DNA of 64,000 nucleotides from positions 160,001 through 224,000 of the forward strand of contig CAVSTP010000003.1 in the NCBI GenBank assembly GCA_963730935.1, written 5' to 3'. Below the pieces are notes generated by a model. It saw nothing but the letters and a program-made list of their open reading frames with translations. It searched no databases and was not told the DNA's origin. The translations under genes were made by a program, and so were the position numbers. Below are positions 28,370-39,730 of the stretch, piece after piece. The stretch comes from an uncultured Nitrospiraceae bacterium (GTDB lineage Bacteria > Nitrospirota > Nitrospiria > Nitrospirales > Nitrospiraceae). Each line of letters begins with the position of its first letter. Position 1 is the stretch's first letter.

Positions 28370-29278
28370 TCAGGCTTGCGCTTGGCCCGCCAACTGCTTG
28401 GCCGCTGTTTTCCGTTCCTTGTCCTTCGCGGCGAGTTCGGCCAACAATTGCTTTGCCGGCTCACTGACATATTCCTTGTACGCGAATCGCTCGGCTGGCT
28501 TCTCCGAATCCCGCATTTCCTGAAGCCCTTCCATGCTGTTTTTCCCGATTTCAAGAATACAGGGCGTGTAGAGCTGGAGATAGGTCGGACCTATTTCTCT
28601 GGCGATGTGCACCGCATTGCGGATGACTTTCTCGACCAACGACGGCTTGCTGACCGTGCAATTGACGACGTAATGGCAGCCCGATTCCCGGGCGATTTCC
28701 GGTAACCGCACCTTGTCGAACAGCTTCCCGACCGGCGCCATCTTGGCGACGAAACCCTTCTGCATGAGTCCGCTTTCCTGGCCGCCAGTGTTGGCATAGA
28801 GCTCGTTGTCGAAGCAGATGGTCGTGAACTTTTCCTGACGGAACCAGGCCTGCAGCGTCATATCGAGGCCGATGTCCACGGTCGCGCCGTCACCGGCCAG
28901 CACGACCACGTCCTTGGTACGGCCGGGAAACCGGACGCTCAGCGCCCGCTTCAGACCGGATGCGATCGCATTCTGGTTGCCGAACAGCGAATGGATGTTG
29001 TGAACCGCAACCATCGGAAACACTAAACTGGTACAGCCGGTCGAGCCGACCATGACGGTATCTTCCGGATTTGGCAGCGAGGCCAGAATGTACCGGAAGG
29101 CCATCGACTCCGGGCAACCGGCACAAAGCGAGTGCTGCTCGATGAGTTCCTTGGAAGAGCCGATGTCTTTCCAGCCGCGATCTTCCTTGCCATAGGTCGC
29201 GCTCTTGACGAGATCCTGGTAGTCCGACGGCATGATGTCGTAAAGGTCTTCTGAAATCTTAATCCGTTCCTTGCTCAT
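28370..29278 (-). CDS. forB: 2-oxoacid:ferredoxin oxidoreductase beta (TPP-binding) subunit
   Basis: 'CAGC', 'STGC', 'GDGATVDIG', 'DNELYANTGGQ'. Confidence 0.87.
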   Translation of the reverse strand: MSKERIKISEDLYDIMPSDYQDLVKSATYGKEDRGWKDIGSSKELIEQHSLCAGCPESMAFRYILASLPNPEDTVMVGSTGCTSLVFPMVAVHNIHSLFGNQNAIASGLKRALSVRFPGRTKDVVVLAGDGATVDIGLDMTLQAWFRQEKFTTICFDNELYANTGGQESGLMQKGFVAKMAPVGKLFDKVRLPEIARESGCHYVVNCTVSKPSLVEKVIRNAVHIAREIGPTYLQLYTPCILEIGKNSMEGLQEMRDSEKPAERFAYKEYVSEPAKQLLAELAAKDKERKTAAKQLAGQAQA

Positions 29279-29335
29279 TATGGCGCCTCCTCTAGATTCG
29301 CTCGCGGGAGCGAACAGGTTCAAAATATGTGCTGC

Positions 29336-30547
29336 TCAGCTCCCACGACCGGCCAGGGAGAGTGTTTTCATTCCAAGGGCCGTCTTGATTTCCTGTACGA
29401 TAATCTCCGGCGGCATCGTCATGCCACCGCAGACATGCGGGCCTGCATGCACCCGATGATGATTGGGAATGGTGGCTTTGATTTCCTTCGCCAGCCAGCC
29501 GGTCACGTTGAACTCCGGCACGAAGATATGCTTTGCGTTCTTGGTCGCTTCCCGGATTTCTTCCTCCGGCCACGGGCGGAGCGTCTTGACCTTCACGAGT
29601 CCGCAGCGAATGCCTTCGTCCTCCAGCAATCGAATCGCTTCGCGTCCCTGTGACACGGCTGTGCCAGATGCCACGATCATGATCTCAGCGTCGGTATTCT
29701 CGGTATCGATCAAGCCATTCAGCCACTTGATCGTGTGCTTACGCGAGCGTTCGATAGCCGCCCAAATTTCCTGTTGCCAGCTGGCATGCGTCGCATAGCT
29801 GATGTAGTTGCTCTTCATCACGAACGGATCACGCATCATGCGCACCGGTGGACACTCCATGTCCATGCAAGGAACCGGTGACCGATAGGGGTCGTAAGGT
29901 GGCAGGCACATGTCGGCTGGAGTCAGATTGACGACGTCCTTTGTATGAGTGACGAAGAACCCATCGCAACAAAGTGCCAGCGGCAAGTGGACGTCCGGCT
30001 CCTCGGACACCATGTATCCCTTGAGAATCCAATCAAAGAAATCCTGGGCCGTTTCGGCGTGCCAAACCAACATACCGGTATTCAGCAGATAGGCGATTTC
30101 GAGCGTGTCCGGTTGAATCGAGAGGGGCGAATTGATGCCTCGACAGGTGACGATCATCTGGATCGGCAGCCGCGCGCCTGCCCACATCGGAAAGTTTTCC
30201 ATCGCGCGCATCGTGCCTGGTCCCGCGGTCGTCGTGAAGACACGCGCACCTCCGAAGGCGGCGCCCGCGCATTGCGACATGACGGCAAACTCACTCTCAC
30301 CTCGGAAATAATCCCCGATGTAGCCTTCGGCAAACAATTCTCCGATGAGTGCGGCAGCTTCGCTTTGCGGCGTGATTGGATACGCGATCATGACGTCGCA
30401 GCTGGCCCGTCGAAGCGCTTCCTTGATGACCTCGCTGCCTGTAAAGAACGACGGCGTGCGCGGTGCTTCGTGCATCATTTTCCAGGTGTCAGTAAAGGTC
30501 TGTCCTTTTTTATTCTGGGTCCCGATAACTGAATGAGTGTCTGCCAT
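29336..30547 (-). CDS. forA: 2-oxoacid:ferredoxin oxidoreductase alpha subunit
   Basis: 'AYPITPQSE', 'ESEFA', 'TTTAGPG', 'LRPWP'. Confidence 0.87.
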   Translation of the reverse strand: MADTHSVIGTQNKKGQTFTDTWKMMHEAPRTPSFFTGSEVIKEALRRASCDVMIAYPITPQSEAAALIGELFAEGYIGDYFRGESEFAVMSQCAGAAFGGARVFTTTAGPGTMRAMENFPMWAGARLPIQMIVTCRGINSPLSIQPDTLEIAYLLNTGMLVWHAETAQDFFDWILKGYMVSEEPDVHLPLALCCDGFFVTHTKDVVNLTPADMCLPPYDPYRSPVPCMDMECPPVRMMRDPFVMKSNYISYATHASWQQEIWAAIERSRKHTIKWLNGLIDTENTDAEIMIVASGTAVSQGREAIRLLEDEGIRCGLVKVKTLRPWPEEEIREATKNAKHIFVPEFNVTGWLAKEIKATIPNHHRVHAGPHVCGGMTMPPEIIVQEIKTALGMKTLSLAGRGS

Positions 30548-30587
30548 GGACCAGCCTCCTTTCACTGCGCACGGTGCTTCAAACGGC

Positions 30588-31223
30588 CTAGTTCGAAGCC
30601 CCGCTTTTGGCCGATGTCAGCCGTGGTTTGACCGTACCTTTTAGTTTTTTTACCCAGTCGGCCAGCTTCATGATTTTTTCAACAGATGCATCACGGAATG
30701 AGAGCATTGCGTCTTCGTGGCCGGCCTGTGCGCACATCGCAATCGTGTAACACGAGGTTCCACCCCGGATGATCTTGAGCGACAAGTTCGCCTGGTGACA
30801 ATGCACACCGACGAACATGCAGCAATCGATCTTGTTGTGCCAAATAGTCAGGTTGGGGTGGTTCGGATTGATTTCAACTTCAGGATTGATTTTGGGATAT
30901 TTCGGTCGATAGTCCGGCATGGGAATCAGCATCGGAGTTTGGCCAGGCTGCACGCACTCTTTCAGTGTGTTGTAGAGGTGGCGAATCGCTGTCGCTTTCT
31001 TCGCCGCTTTTTCGTTCCAAGCCCAGAGGACAAGCGGACCGGGGAAAATCGTTGGCACTCTGGCCATCAGAAACTGGCGCGCAGCTTCTTCGTAGGCTTT
31101 TTCTTCAGTAGCGATGACGCCGTTGATGTGCGCTTCCCCCGGATTCGGGAGGTACACACCCATTGAGGCTGCGGCGGGAGGAAGAAAATGTTCCGGCCCT
31201 GGGAGCACGCGATATTGAGTCAT
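30588..31223 (-). CDS. forD: 2-oxoacid:ferredoxin oxidoreductase delta subunit (Hydrogenobacter five-subunit type)
   Basis: First gene of the D-A-B-G-E order; 'PTIFPGPLVLW', 'FVGVHCH'. Confidence 0.75.
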   Translation of the reverse strand: MTQYRVLPGPEHFLPPAAASMGVYLPNPGEAHINGVIATEEKAYEEAARQFLMARVPTIFPGPLVLWAWNEKAAKKATAIRHLYNTLKECVQPGQTPMLIPMPDYRPKYPKINPEVEINPNHPNLTIWHNKIDCCMFVGVHCHQANLSLKIIRGGTSCYTIAMCAQAGHEDAMLSFRDASVEKIMKLADWVKKLKGTVKPRLTSAKSGASN

Positions 31224-31446
31224 GCGGCCTACTCTCCGCTTGGGGTTAACAGGTGAGAACGATCAGTTGCTCTGGCGATCGACCTGCCACAATCTAAGCT
31301 TTTTCACGGGATCTCTGCAACCTCGCAGAAGGCCCAACATGCGGAAATAATGGGCTACTGGACATGAACGGCTTAGGCCTTTTGCCCATTCGGGTTCCGC
31401 GAAAGTCTTTGACCCGCTATTGGCCCGATATCACGGCAGATTTTTA

Positions 31447-31476
31447 ATTATAGGAGCGCCCGTTCTGCGAAGTCAA
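31447..31476 (-). promoter_or_regulatory. sigma70 promoter of the for operon
   Basis: Minus strand TTGACT-18-TATAAT. Confidence 0.75.
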
Positions 31477-31576
31477 ACAGACTTCCGTAGGGGAATACGA
31501 CCGAGCACAGCGCGGTCTGACTACAAAACAACTGGATTAACAGTGGCTTAGAGGTGTCCAATCTACGGAATCCAAG

Positions 31577-32848
31577 CTACGGGAGTTGTTCACAGGCCTC
31601 GATGGAACCAAGCACGCAGGCCTGCTCGAAATCGTCCTTGGCCAGGCGTCCTTGCAGCCGACCTCTGTAAAGGTTACCCCGGGTCAGAAGTGCTCCGGCG
31701 TTCGTCGGATCGAACTTGATGACGGTCGATAGGTCTTCGAGCGCCTGTTCCGGACGGTTCAGTTTGAGAAGAACGTCGCTGCGGAGGAGATAGGCCTCTT
31801 TCTGGTCAGGCAACCAGCTTTCCGGCGTCTGTGTATCCAGGAGTTTCTTGAGAGTCGCCAGCGACTGATGCCACTGCTTAGCTTTCGCTTGACGTCGAGC
31901 CTGAGTGGTATACAGGCCGATCAGTCTCTGGCGTGCGATATCAAAAAATGGATCAAGGGCGAGAGCCCGTTCATAGCAGAAAGCCGCGTCGTCGGTTCGC
32001 TTCAGCCAGGTCTGCACGTCGCCTTTTCCTATCCAGGCCCATGGATTCTTGCTGTCCAATTGCACGGCTTGGTCAAAATCTGACCGAGCTTTGTCGATAT
32101 GATCCGAGAAACCGCTCGGAGAACTGTGGTCGGAATACGCAATGGAAACCAGGCGCAGATAGGCTTGACCCCTGACGATCAACGGTTCGACGGAATGCGG
32201 ATCCAATTGGACGGCCTCGGACGCAAGCTGAATTTTTTTCCAGAGGTCCGGAGTTTGAAACGCGGTTTCGAGCTGTTGTTTCGCCCGCAGCACCGGCTCG
32301 GGCTTTCCATTTGGTTCGATCGTGAGCATCCTGACGCCTGTGGGTTCCTGTTGGGATTCTCGAAGCTGAGCGCGAAGATGCTGATTTTCCTGTTGGAGTT
32401 CGCGAAAATGTCTGGCCAATTGGGCTTCGGACTGATGGCGGCGAACCGCATCGGCTAGGCTTTGCACGTCCACATTGGCGCGGATGCGGATGAAAAACAC
32501 CGGCCGGTCGTTCTCGAGCGATCGGTGTGACTCGAGCACCTCGGTTTCCGCGACCGCGGCCGCGATCGTGCGGATTTCCCAAGAGGTGTTTCGGATCGTC
32601 CGCCCTTGCGATTCCTTTTCCAGATCGTAGAACGTCGACTCCAGATAGACGCCGGCTTCCTCCACGGCTCTGCGCTGAGCACGCTGCAGGACTTTTTCCT
32701 CAGCTGTGGCGAGTGTATCCCCATCGGCCATCACGTACTGAGCCTCGGCGATCACGGTTTTCGTAGCGGTGGCAAATGTAGTGGTGGGTACGAAGGCAGC
32801 GAGGATAGCGGCCGCCGTTGCGAGACCCAGCCGGGACTGAATGCCCAT
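31577..32848 (-). CDS. Exported TPR-repeat protein
   Basis: Signal peptide; N-terminal 'AQRRAVEEAGVYLES' domain; coiled coil; several TPRs. Confidence 0.82.
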   Translation of the reverse strand: MGIQSRLGLATAAAILAAFVPTTTFATATKTVIAEAQYVMADGDTLATAEEKVLQRAQRRAVEEAGVYLESTFYDLEKESQGRTIRNTSWEIRTIAAAVAETEVLESHRSLENDRPVFFIRIRANVDVQSLADAVRRHQSEAQLARHFRELQQENQHLRAQLRESQQEPTGVRMLTIEPNGKPEPVLRAKQQLETAFQTPDLWKKIQLASEAVQLDPHSVEPLIVRGQAYLRLVSIAYSDHSSPSGFSDHIDKARSDFDQAVQLDSKNPWAWIGKGDVQTWLKRTDDAAFCYERALALDPFFDIARQRLIGLYTTQARRQAKAKQWHQSLATLKKLLDTQTPESWLPDQKEAYLLRSDVLLKLNRPEQALEDLSTVIKFDPTNAGALLTRGNLYRGRLQGRLAKDDFEQACVLGSIEACEQLP

Positions 32849-32855
32849 GTGATCA

Positions 32856-32884
32856 ACTATACCGCCCGTTTCGTAGCTCGGCAA
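32856..32884 (-). promoter_or_regulatory. sigma70 promoter, possibly giving a leaderless mRNA
   Basis: TTGCCG-17-TATAGT ends 7 nt before ATG 32848. Confidence 0.5.
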
Positions 32885-32952
32885 CGCACCGGAGGGAGGG
32901 GGCGAAGGAGGATTCCAATGCTTGGTGAGCCTGTAAGCGCTTGATTTTGCGC

Positions 32953-33231
32953 CTACCTCGCCTTGGGGAAGACCTGAGTAAAAGGATGGACTTCGACCCG
33001 TTCGAACACGCCGTGAACCGTATAGGGGTCTTCCCGGGCAAACTTTTGAGCTTCTTCGAGTGAGTCTGCCTCGATCACGATGAGGCTGCCGGTGTGATCG
33101 GTGAGTGGTCCTGCAAGCACGACCCGGCCGGCTCGGTCGAGGGGTTCCATGTTCGCCAGGTGCGCCGGCCGATAGATTTTGCGTTTGGCTTGGCCGTCGG
33201 GACCATCAAAACCGATGATGACGAATTTCAT
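32953..33231 (-). CDS. yciI: YciI family protein
   Basis: 'RPAHL', 'LAGPL', 'GSLIV', 'EDPY..GVF'. Confidence 0.9.
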   Translation of the reverse strand: MKFVIIGFDGPDGQAKRKIYRPAHLANMEPLDRAGRVVLAGPLTDHTGSLIVIEADSLEEAQKFAREDPYTVHGVFERVEVHPFTQVFPKAR

Positions 33232-33251
33232 TCGTGTCGAGCGCGGCGAGC

Positions 33252-33662
33252 TTAGGCCGAGCCTTCCAGCGGGCAACGGTCTTTATATCCGGTGGTGATT
33301 TCATGCCACCATTTGATTTCTGGCTCGCCGTATTTCCAGCACAGAAATACGACACGGCCGTCTCGCAGGTGAGGAAAATCGCAGAGGCCGAGATCGACGT
33401 CTTTGACGACAACGCCCATTTCCTGAATGGCCTGAAGATTTTGACTGATCTGGTGCAGGCTGGTTATATATAGTGGACCGACAGCGCTGCCGCCTCCGTA
33501 TTCCGCTCGGGCGCTCGCTCGCCGAATATCATCTCTCGTGCGCGCCATCACGGCCTTTGCCTGGCGCACGGAGGCGATGCGCGTATTGAGCTGAGGAATG
33601 AGATGGTTGGCTTCCGAGATGCTAAACAGCCGGTCATGCTCTTGGTCGTCTTCACGGCCCAT
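33252..33662 (-). CDS. DUF2203 family protein
   Basis: 'FSISEAN.LIP', 'VKDVDLGLCDFP', 'LCWKYGEPEIKWWH'. Confidence 0.88.
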   Translation of the reverse strand: MGREDDQEHDRLFSISEANHLIPQLNTRIASVRQAKAVMARTRDDIRRASARAEYGGGSAVGPLYITSLHQISQNLQAIQEMGVVVKDVDLGLCDFPHLRDGRVVFLCWKYGEPEIKWWHEITTGYKDRCPLEGSA

Positions 33663-33788
33663 CGCTCGTTCCTCCAGCCTGGGATGTAGCACACCCTTCG
33701 AAGCCGCCGCAACCGCGGCTTTTCTCATCGGAGGATGACAGGGTTGGGCCCGACGAAAGGTGAGCGGAGGCTGGAAAGAAGCCCGGTG

Positions 33789-33817
33789 TTGACAACCATT
33801 GACCCGCGGGGTATGCT
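33789..33817 (+). promoter_or_regulatory. sigma70 promoter of rho
   Basis: TTGACA-17-TATGCT. Confidence 0.78.
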
Positions 33818-34139
33818 CCCATTAGTAGCGTTTAGTAGCGTTCCATTGTCGAGTCTACGTTCTCTCCACACACAAGAACTCCGAGGCAACTTTCCAAGAG
33901 CATTACATAAGAATAGGAATGAGTTCGGCTTTGGTTGCAGTTGACGGGCGCATCCACCATATGGACAACGGGCACGTCCTTCGCGGCACATCCCCTCTAG
34001 CAAACACACAATAGTCAACTCACTACTCAACGGTAATTGCGCATCGCTTCAATGGTTGATCATATTCCGCGTCGATACTCGTCTTTGACCATCAGCCCCC
34101 AGCTTGAGGATATGTATGGCACAAACTAAGGGAGAAGTT

Positions 34140-35387
<1,248 letters not shown>

Positions 35388-35472
35388 ACTTGTATCTGTG
35401 GATCGAGACAAGGTAAAGTGACGCGCCTTCGAATAGGCGAAGGCCGAACGCTTTAATGCCAGGAGTGCGATC

Positions 35473-35679
35473 ATGAAAAAGGGCATTCATCCGCTGTATC
35501 GAGAGGCGACGGTGCATTGCGCCTGCGGAAACAGCTATAAGACCCGATCGACCGTCGGCGACATCAACGTTGATATTTGCTCCAGCTGCCATCCCTTTTT
35601 TACCGGCACGCAAAAGATCGTCGATACCGAAGGTCGGGTCGAACGGTTTAAGAAGAAGTACGCGAAGAAGGGCAAGTAG
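35473..35679 (+). CDS. rpmE: 50S ribosomal protein L31 (zinc-binding type)
   Basis: 'MKKGIHP', CACG/CSSC, 'HPFFTG', 'GRVERF'. Confidence 0.98.
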   Translation: MKKGIHPLYREATVHCACGNSYKTRSTVGDINVDICSSCHPFFTGTQKIVDTEGRVERFKKKYAKKGK

Positions 35680-35699
35680 TCGGGCCAAGCCAACATAGG

Positions 35700-35736
35700 A
35701 GAGACCCTGCTTCGCAGAGGCAGGGTCTCTTTTTTT
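35700..35736 (+). terminator. Intrinsic terminator after rpmE
   Basis: agagaccctgc...gcagggtctct followed by a T run. Confidence 0.85.
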
Positions 35737-35771
35737 GTGTCCGCAACACGTGAGGAGATTGAGGACTCGGA

Positions 35772-36851
35772 ATGGATACGGGCTTGATGAAAAAGTGGGA
35801 AGCATCGGCCAGCCGGTACGACGAGCTGACGAGCCAGCTCATGGACGCGTCCGTCATCAGCCAGCCCGCCCTCCTCGTCAAGCTGACCAAGGAGCGCACG
35901 GAACTGGAAACGGTCTCGCAGCTGTTTCACCGGTATCAAGAGATCCTCAAACAATTGGACGAGGCGGCGCACATGCTGGCGGATTCTTCTGCCGGAGCCG
36001 AGCTTCACTCGTTGGCGACCGAAGAAACTGCGCAATTGGGGGCCGAGCGCGACGACCTCGAGCGACAGGTGTTGGAGCATCTCACGCCGAAAGATCCGAG
36101 GGACGAAAAGAATCTATTCTTGGAGATTCGAGCCGGAACCGGCGGGGATGAAGCCGCCTTGTTTGCAGGTGACCTCTTTCGGATGTATGCCAAATTTGCA
36201 GAGCGGCACAAGCTGAAGGTCGATATCGTCGAGGCGTCGGAAGCCGGCAAGGGCGGATATAAAACGCTCATCGCCGTCATCGAAGGCAAGGGCGGCTACG
36301 GACTCTTCAAATATGAGAGCGGCGTTCATCGCGTGCAGCGCGTGCCGGTGACGGAAGCCGCCGGTCGAATCCATACCTCGACAGTTACCGTCGCTGTCAT
36401 GCCCGAGGTCGATGAAGTCGACGTCCAGATCGATCCGAAAGATTTGCGCATCGATACGTTTTGTTCTTCCGGTGCCGGCGGCCAGAGCGTCAATACGACC
36501 TATTCGGCCGTCCGCATCACCCATATTCCGACCGGCGTCGTTGTGTCCTGCCAGGACGAGCGGTCGCAATTAAAGAATCGTACGAAGGCCATGCGGACGC
36601 TCCGTGCCAGAATCGTCGAGGCAAAGCGCGAGAAGCAGGAGGCTGAAATCGCGCAAACCCGAAAGGCGCAGGTCGGAACCGGCGATCGCAGCGAAAAAAT
36701 TCGCACCTATAATTTCCCTCAGAATCGCGTCACAGACCATCGCGTCGGATTGACGCTGCATAAGTTGGAGCAGGTCCTCGCAGGCGATATGGACGAGTTT
36801 GTCGAGGCGTTGCGCGCCCAACGTGATCATGCGGCTGCGGAGGCCTCATGA
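35772..36851 (+). CDS. prfA: Peptide chain release factor 1
   Basis: 'PVT' tripeptide, 'GAGGQ', 'RTYNFPQNRVTDHR'. Confidence 0.97.
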   Translation: MDTGLMKKWEASASRYDELTSQLMDASVISQPALLVKLTKERTELETVSQLFHRYQEILKQLDEAAHMLADSSAGAELHSLATEETAQLGAERDDLERQVLEHLTPKDPRDEKNLFLEIRAGTGGDEAALFAGDLFRMYAKFAERHKLKVDIVEASEAGKGGYKTLIAVIEGKGGYGLFKYESGVHRVQRVPVTEAAGRIHTSTVTVAVMPEVDEVDVQIDPKDLRIDTFCSSGAGGQSVNTTYSAVRITHIPTGVVVSCQDERSQLKNRTKAMRTLRARIVEAKREKQEAEIAQTRKAQVGTGDRSEKIRTYNFPQNRVTDHRVGLTLHKLEQVLAGDMDEFVEALRAQRDHAAAEAS

Positions 36852-37750
36852 CACCGCGTACTGCCATGGATAACCAATCCGACCAGTGCACCCTGGCATC
36901 CGCGATGGCGGATACCCGCCGGCGACTCGTTGCCGCGGGAGTTGAAGCCGCTGACCGCGAAACGCGATGGTTGATCGAGCATGCGCTGGGTCTGACCGGT
37001 TCAAGCCAGCTCGTCGACCCCGCACGTCCTCTGGATGAACGCGAGAGGGCAAAAGTGGATGACTACGTCACCCGAAGGGCCGCAAGGGAGCCGCTTCAAT
37101 ACATTTTGGGAACCCAGGAATTTTGCGGGCTAGATTTCGACGTCAATCCCGCCGTGCTGATTCCCCGTGCTGAAACGGAGCTGTTGGTGCAGGAAGTGAT
37201 TCGTCGCCTGACGCGAGGGGGGCGTCCCACGGTCGTCGACGTCGGTACGGGATCCGGCTGTGTGGCTGTGACGCTTGCACGAGCCCTATCGAGCGCAAGG
37301 ATATTTGCCACTGACCTCTCCGGTCAGGCGCTGGAAACAGCCAAACGCAACGCCTCCCGCCACGGCGTCGATACAACCATCCGCTGGCTCGAAGGCGACT
37401 TGTTAGCGCCTCTTGTCGGCGTGTGCTGCGACGGCGAGGTGACTGCGATTGTGGCCAACCCGCCCTACATTCCCGAATCCGAATGGAGCGGTCTGCAGCC
37501 GGAGGTCAGCGGCTACGAGCCGCGGATGGCACTGGTCGCAGGAGCCAAAGGCACCGAAGTTCATGAACGGCTCCTTGATGAGGCGGCTTCGTTTCTGGCT
37601 CCCGGAGGATTGTTGGCCATGGAGTTGGGACAGGGTCAGAGCACTGGTCTCCGCGCCAAGATCGAGACCATGTCTGTTTATGAACGCGTTGAAATCCTGC
37701 CGGACGAGGCTGGGATTGATCGAATTGCGATCGTCGAGCGAGCCGGATGA
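36848..37750 (+). CDS. prmC: Release factor glutamine methyltransferase
   Basis: 'EPLQYILG', 'DVGTGSG', 'NPPY'. Confidence 0.95.
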   Translation: MTPRTAMDNQSDQCTLASAMADTRRRLVAAGVEAADRETRWLIEHALGLTGSSQLVDPARPLDERERAKVDDYVTRRAAREPLQYILGTQEFCGLDFDVNPAVLIPRAETELLVQEVIRRLTRGGRPTVVDVGTGSGCVAVTLARALSSARIFATDLSGQALETAKRNASRHGVDTTIRWLEGDLLAPLVGVCCDGEVTAIVANPPYIPESEWSGLQPEVSGYEPRMALVAGAKGTEVHERLLDEAASFLAPGGLLAMELGQGQSTGLRAKIETMSVYERVEILPDEAGIDRIAIVERAG

Positions 37751-37762
37751 GGGAGCCTGGGT

Positions 37763-39022
37763 ATGGATAAAATCGTCATTTCGGGGGGCATTCCGCTTCG
37801 CGGCGAGGTTCAGGTCAGTGGAGCAAAAAACTCTGCGCTGCCTATCCTTGCGTCCACGATTCTCGGCGGTGGTGAGTGCGTCATCAGCAATGTGCCGCGT
37901 GTCGTCGATGTCGTCACCATGGGAAAACTTCTGGGCATCCTCGGCGCGGACGTCCATCACGAAGGCAATCGGGCGGTCATTAATGCGGATGTCATTCGAT
38001 CGACGCAGGCTCCCTACGAGTTGGTGAAGACGATGCGCGCGTCAGTACTCGTGCTGGGGCCGCTGGTGGCCCGCTGGGGAGAAGCAGTGGTGTCCTTGCC
38101 CGGCGGTTGTGCGATTGGCTCCCGTCCTGTGAATCTGCATCTGGCCGGGTTGGCCAAGTTGGGAGCCAAGGTGTCCATCGAGCATGGATACATCCGGGCT
38201 AAAGCCAAACGGCTCAAAGGCGCGCCCATCTATTGCGATGTGCCGACCGTGACAGGGACTGAAAATCTGATGATGGCGGGCTCACTGGCTCAGGGTACGA
38301 CGGTCATTGAGAATGCCGCGAAGGAACCCGAGATCGTCGACCTGGCGGAATTTCTCATGAAACGCGGCGCGCGCATCTCTGGCGCCGGCACGGATGTCAT
38401 TACGATTGAGGGCGTTCGCGAGCTGCGCGGAAGTGATCACGAGGTGATTCCAGACCGCATTGAAGCGGGTACCTATGTCGTGGCAGCAGCCATCACGAAG
38501 GGTGCCGTGTCGGTCGCTCGATGTCGTCCGGACCATCTGGAGCCGTTGCTGAACAAGCTTGGAGAGGCCGGCGTGTCAATCGCCGTCGAAAAGGAACGGG
38601 TGCACATCGATGCGACCAAGTCCGTCCGATTGAAAGGCGTTGACGTCCGTACGCTGCCATTTCCCGGGTTTCCCACCGATATGCAGGCGCAAATGGTCGC
38701 GCTGATGTCGGTGGCCGAGGGCACGAGCATCATTACGGAAACGGTGTTCGAAAGCCGGTTCATGCACGTTGAAGAGCTACGGCGTATGGGAGCGGACATC
38801 CGCGTCGAGGGCAACCGTGTGGTGGTGACCGGGCGGGATCGGCTCACCGGCGCCCCGGTCATGGCGTCAGATCTGCGCGCCAGCGCCGGTCTGGTGTTGG
38901 CCGGTCTGGCCGCCGACGGCACCACCGAGGTGCTGCGCGTCTATCATCTGGACCGTGGCTACGAGCGAATTGAAGAAAAGCTTCGCGGACTTGGCGCCGT
39001 CATCGAGCGACGAAAAGGATAA
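37763..39022 (+). CDS. murA: UDP-N-acetylglucosamine 1-carboxyvinyltransferase
   Basis: 'SGAKN', '[11 protein letters not shown]', 'PGFPTDMQ', 'DRGYE'. Confidence 0.97.
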   Translation: MDKIVISGGIPLRGEVQVSGAKNSALPILASTILGGGECVISNVPRVVDVVTMGKLLGILGADVHHEGNRAVINADVIRSTQAPYELVKTMRASVLVLGPLVARWGEAVVSLPGGCAIGSRPVNLHLAGLAKLGAKVSIEHGYIRAKAKRLKGAPIYCDVPTVTGTENLMMAGSLAQGTTVIENAAKEPEIVDLAEFLMKRGARISGAGTDVITIEGVRELRGSDHEVIPDRIEAGTYVVAAAITKGAVSVARCRPDHLEPLLNKLGEAGVSIAVEKERVHIDATKSVRLKGVDVRTLPFPGFPTDMQAQMVALMSVAEGTSIITETVFESRFMHVEELRRMGADIRVEGNRVVVTGRDRLTGAPVMASDLRASAGLVLAGLAADGTTEVLRVYHLDRGYERIEEKLRGLGAVIERRKG

Positions 39023-39025
39023 ACG

Positions 39026-39730
39026 ATGCTGACCGTTGCACTCTGCAAAGGCAAGCTGATCGAGCCGACGTTCAAACTGTTTGCGAAGGCCGGGTATGGC
39101 GCGATCCAGCCCGCGGCCGATAGCCGGCGCCTGCTGCTTCCCTGTCCTGAAATCGGGATGACGTTCCTGATCGTCAGGCCCGCCGATGTGCCCACGTATG
39201 TTGAGCACGGAGCCGCCGACGTCGGCATCGTCGGCAAGGATGTCTTGCTGGAGCAGGACAGCGACGTCTATGAGCCATTGGATTTGGGGTTCGGAGCGTG
39301 TAGAATTGCCGTCGCCGCTTTCCGAGGGCAAATAGCGCGTGACCGGCTCTCATCAAAAATCCGCGTCGCGACCAAGTATCCGAAGATTACTGAACGCTAT
39401 TTCAACCAGCGCGGAGTGCCGGTTGAAATCATCAAGCTCTACGGCTCAATTGAACTGGCACCTATCGTCGGCCTGGCCGATCGCATTGTCGATCTGGTTG
39501 AGACCGGCAATACGCTCAAGGCGCATGGTCTGGTCGAGATCGAGTGTATCGCCCGGTCTACGGCCCGTTTAATTGTCAACAGAGCCAGCCTCAAGTTGAA
39601 ACACCAGGCCATAGCGGAGTTACTGAAGAATCTTCGGCTGGCTTGCGCTTCTCCACAACGACCCTCCAGGGCCGGGTCGGCGCAGCAAGTGCGGCCGCCC
39701 GGGCGGAAAGAGAATCGGACGCGCAAATGA
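39026..39730 (+). CDS. hisG: ATP phosphoribosyltransferase (short form)
   Basis: 'ATKYP', 'GSIELAP', 'DLVETGNTL'. Confidence 0.95.
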   Translation: MLTVALCKGKLIEPTFKLFAKAGYGAIQPAADSRRLLLPCPEIGMTFLIVRPADVPTYVEHGAADVGIVGKDVLLEQDSDVYEPLDLGFGACRIAVAAFRGQIARDRLSSKIRVATKYPKITERYFNQRGVPVEIIKLYGSIELAPIVGLADRIVDLVETGNTLKAHGLVEIECIARSTARLIVNRASLKLKHQAIAELLKNLRLACASPQRPSRAGSAQQVRPPGRKENRTRK

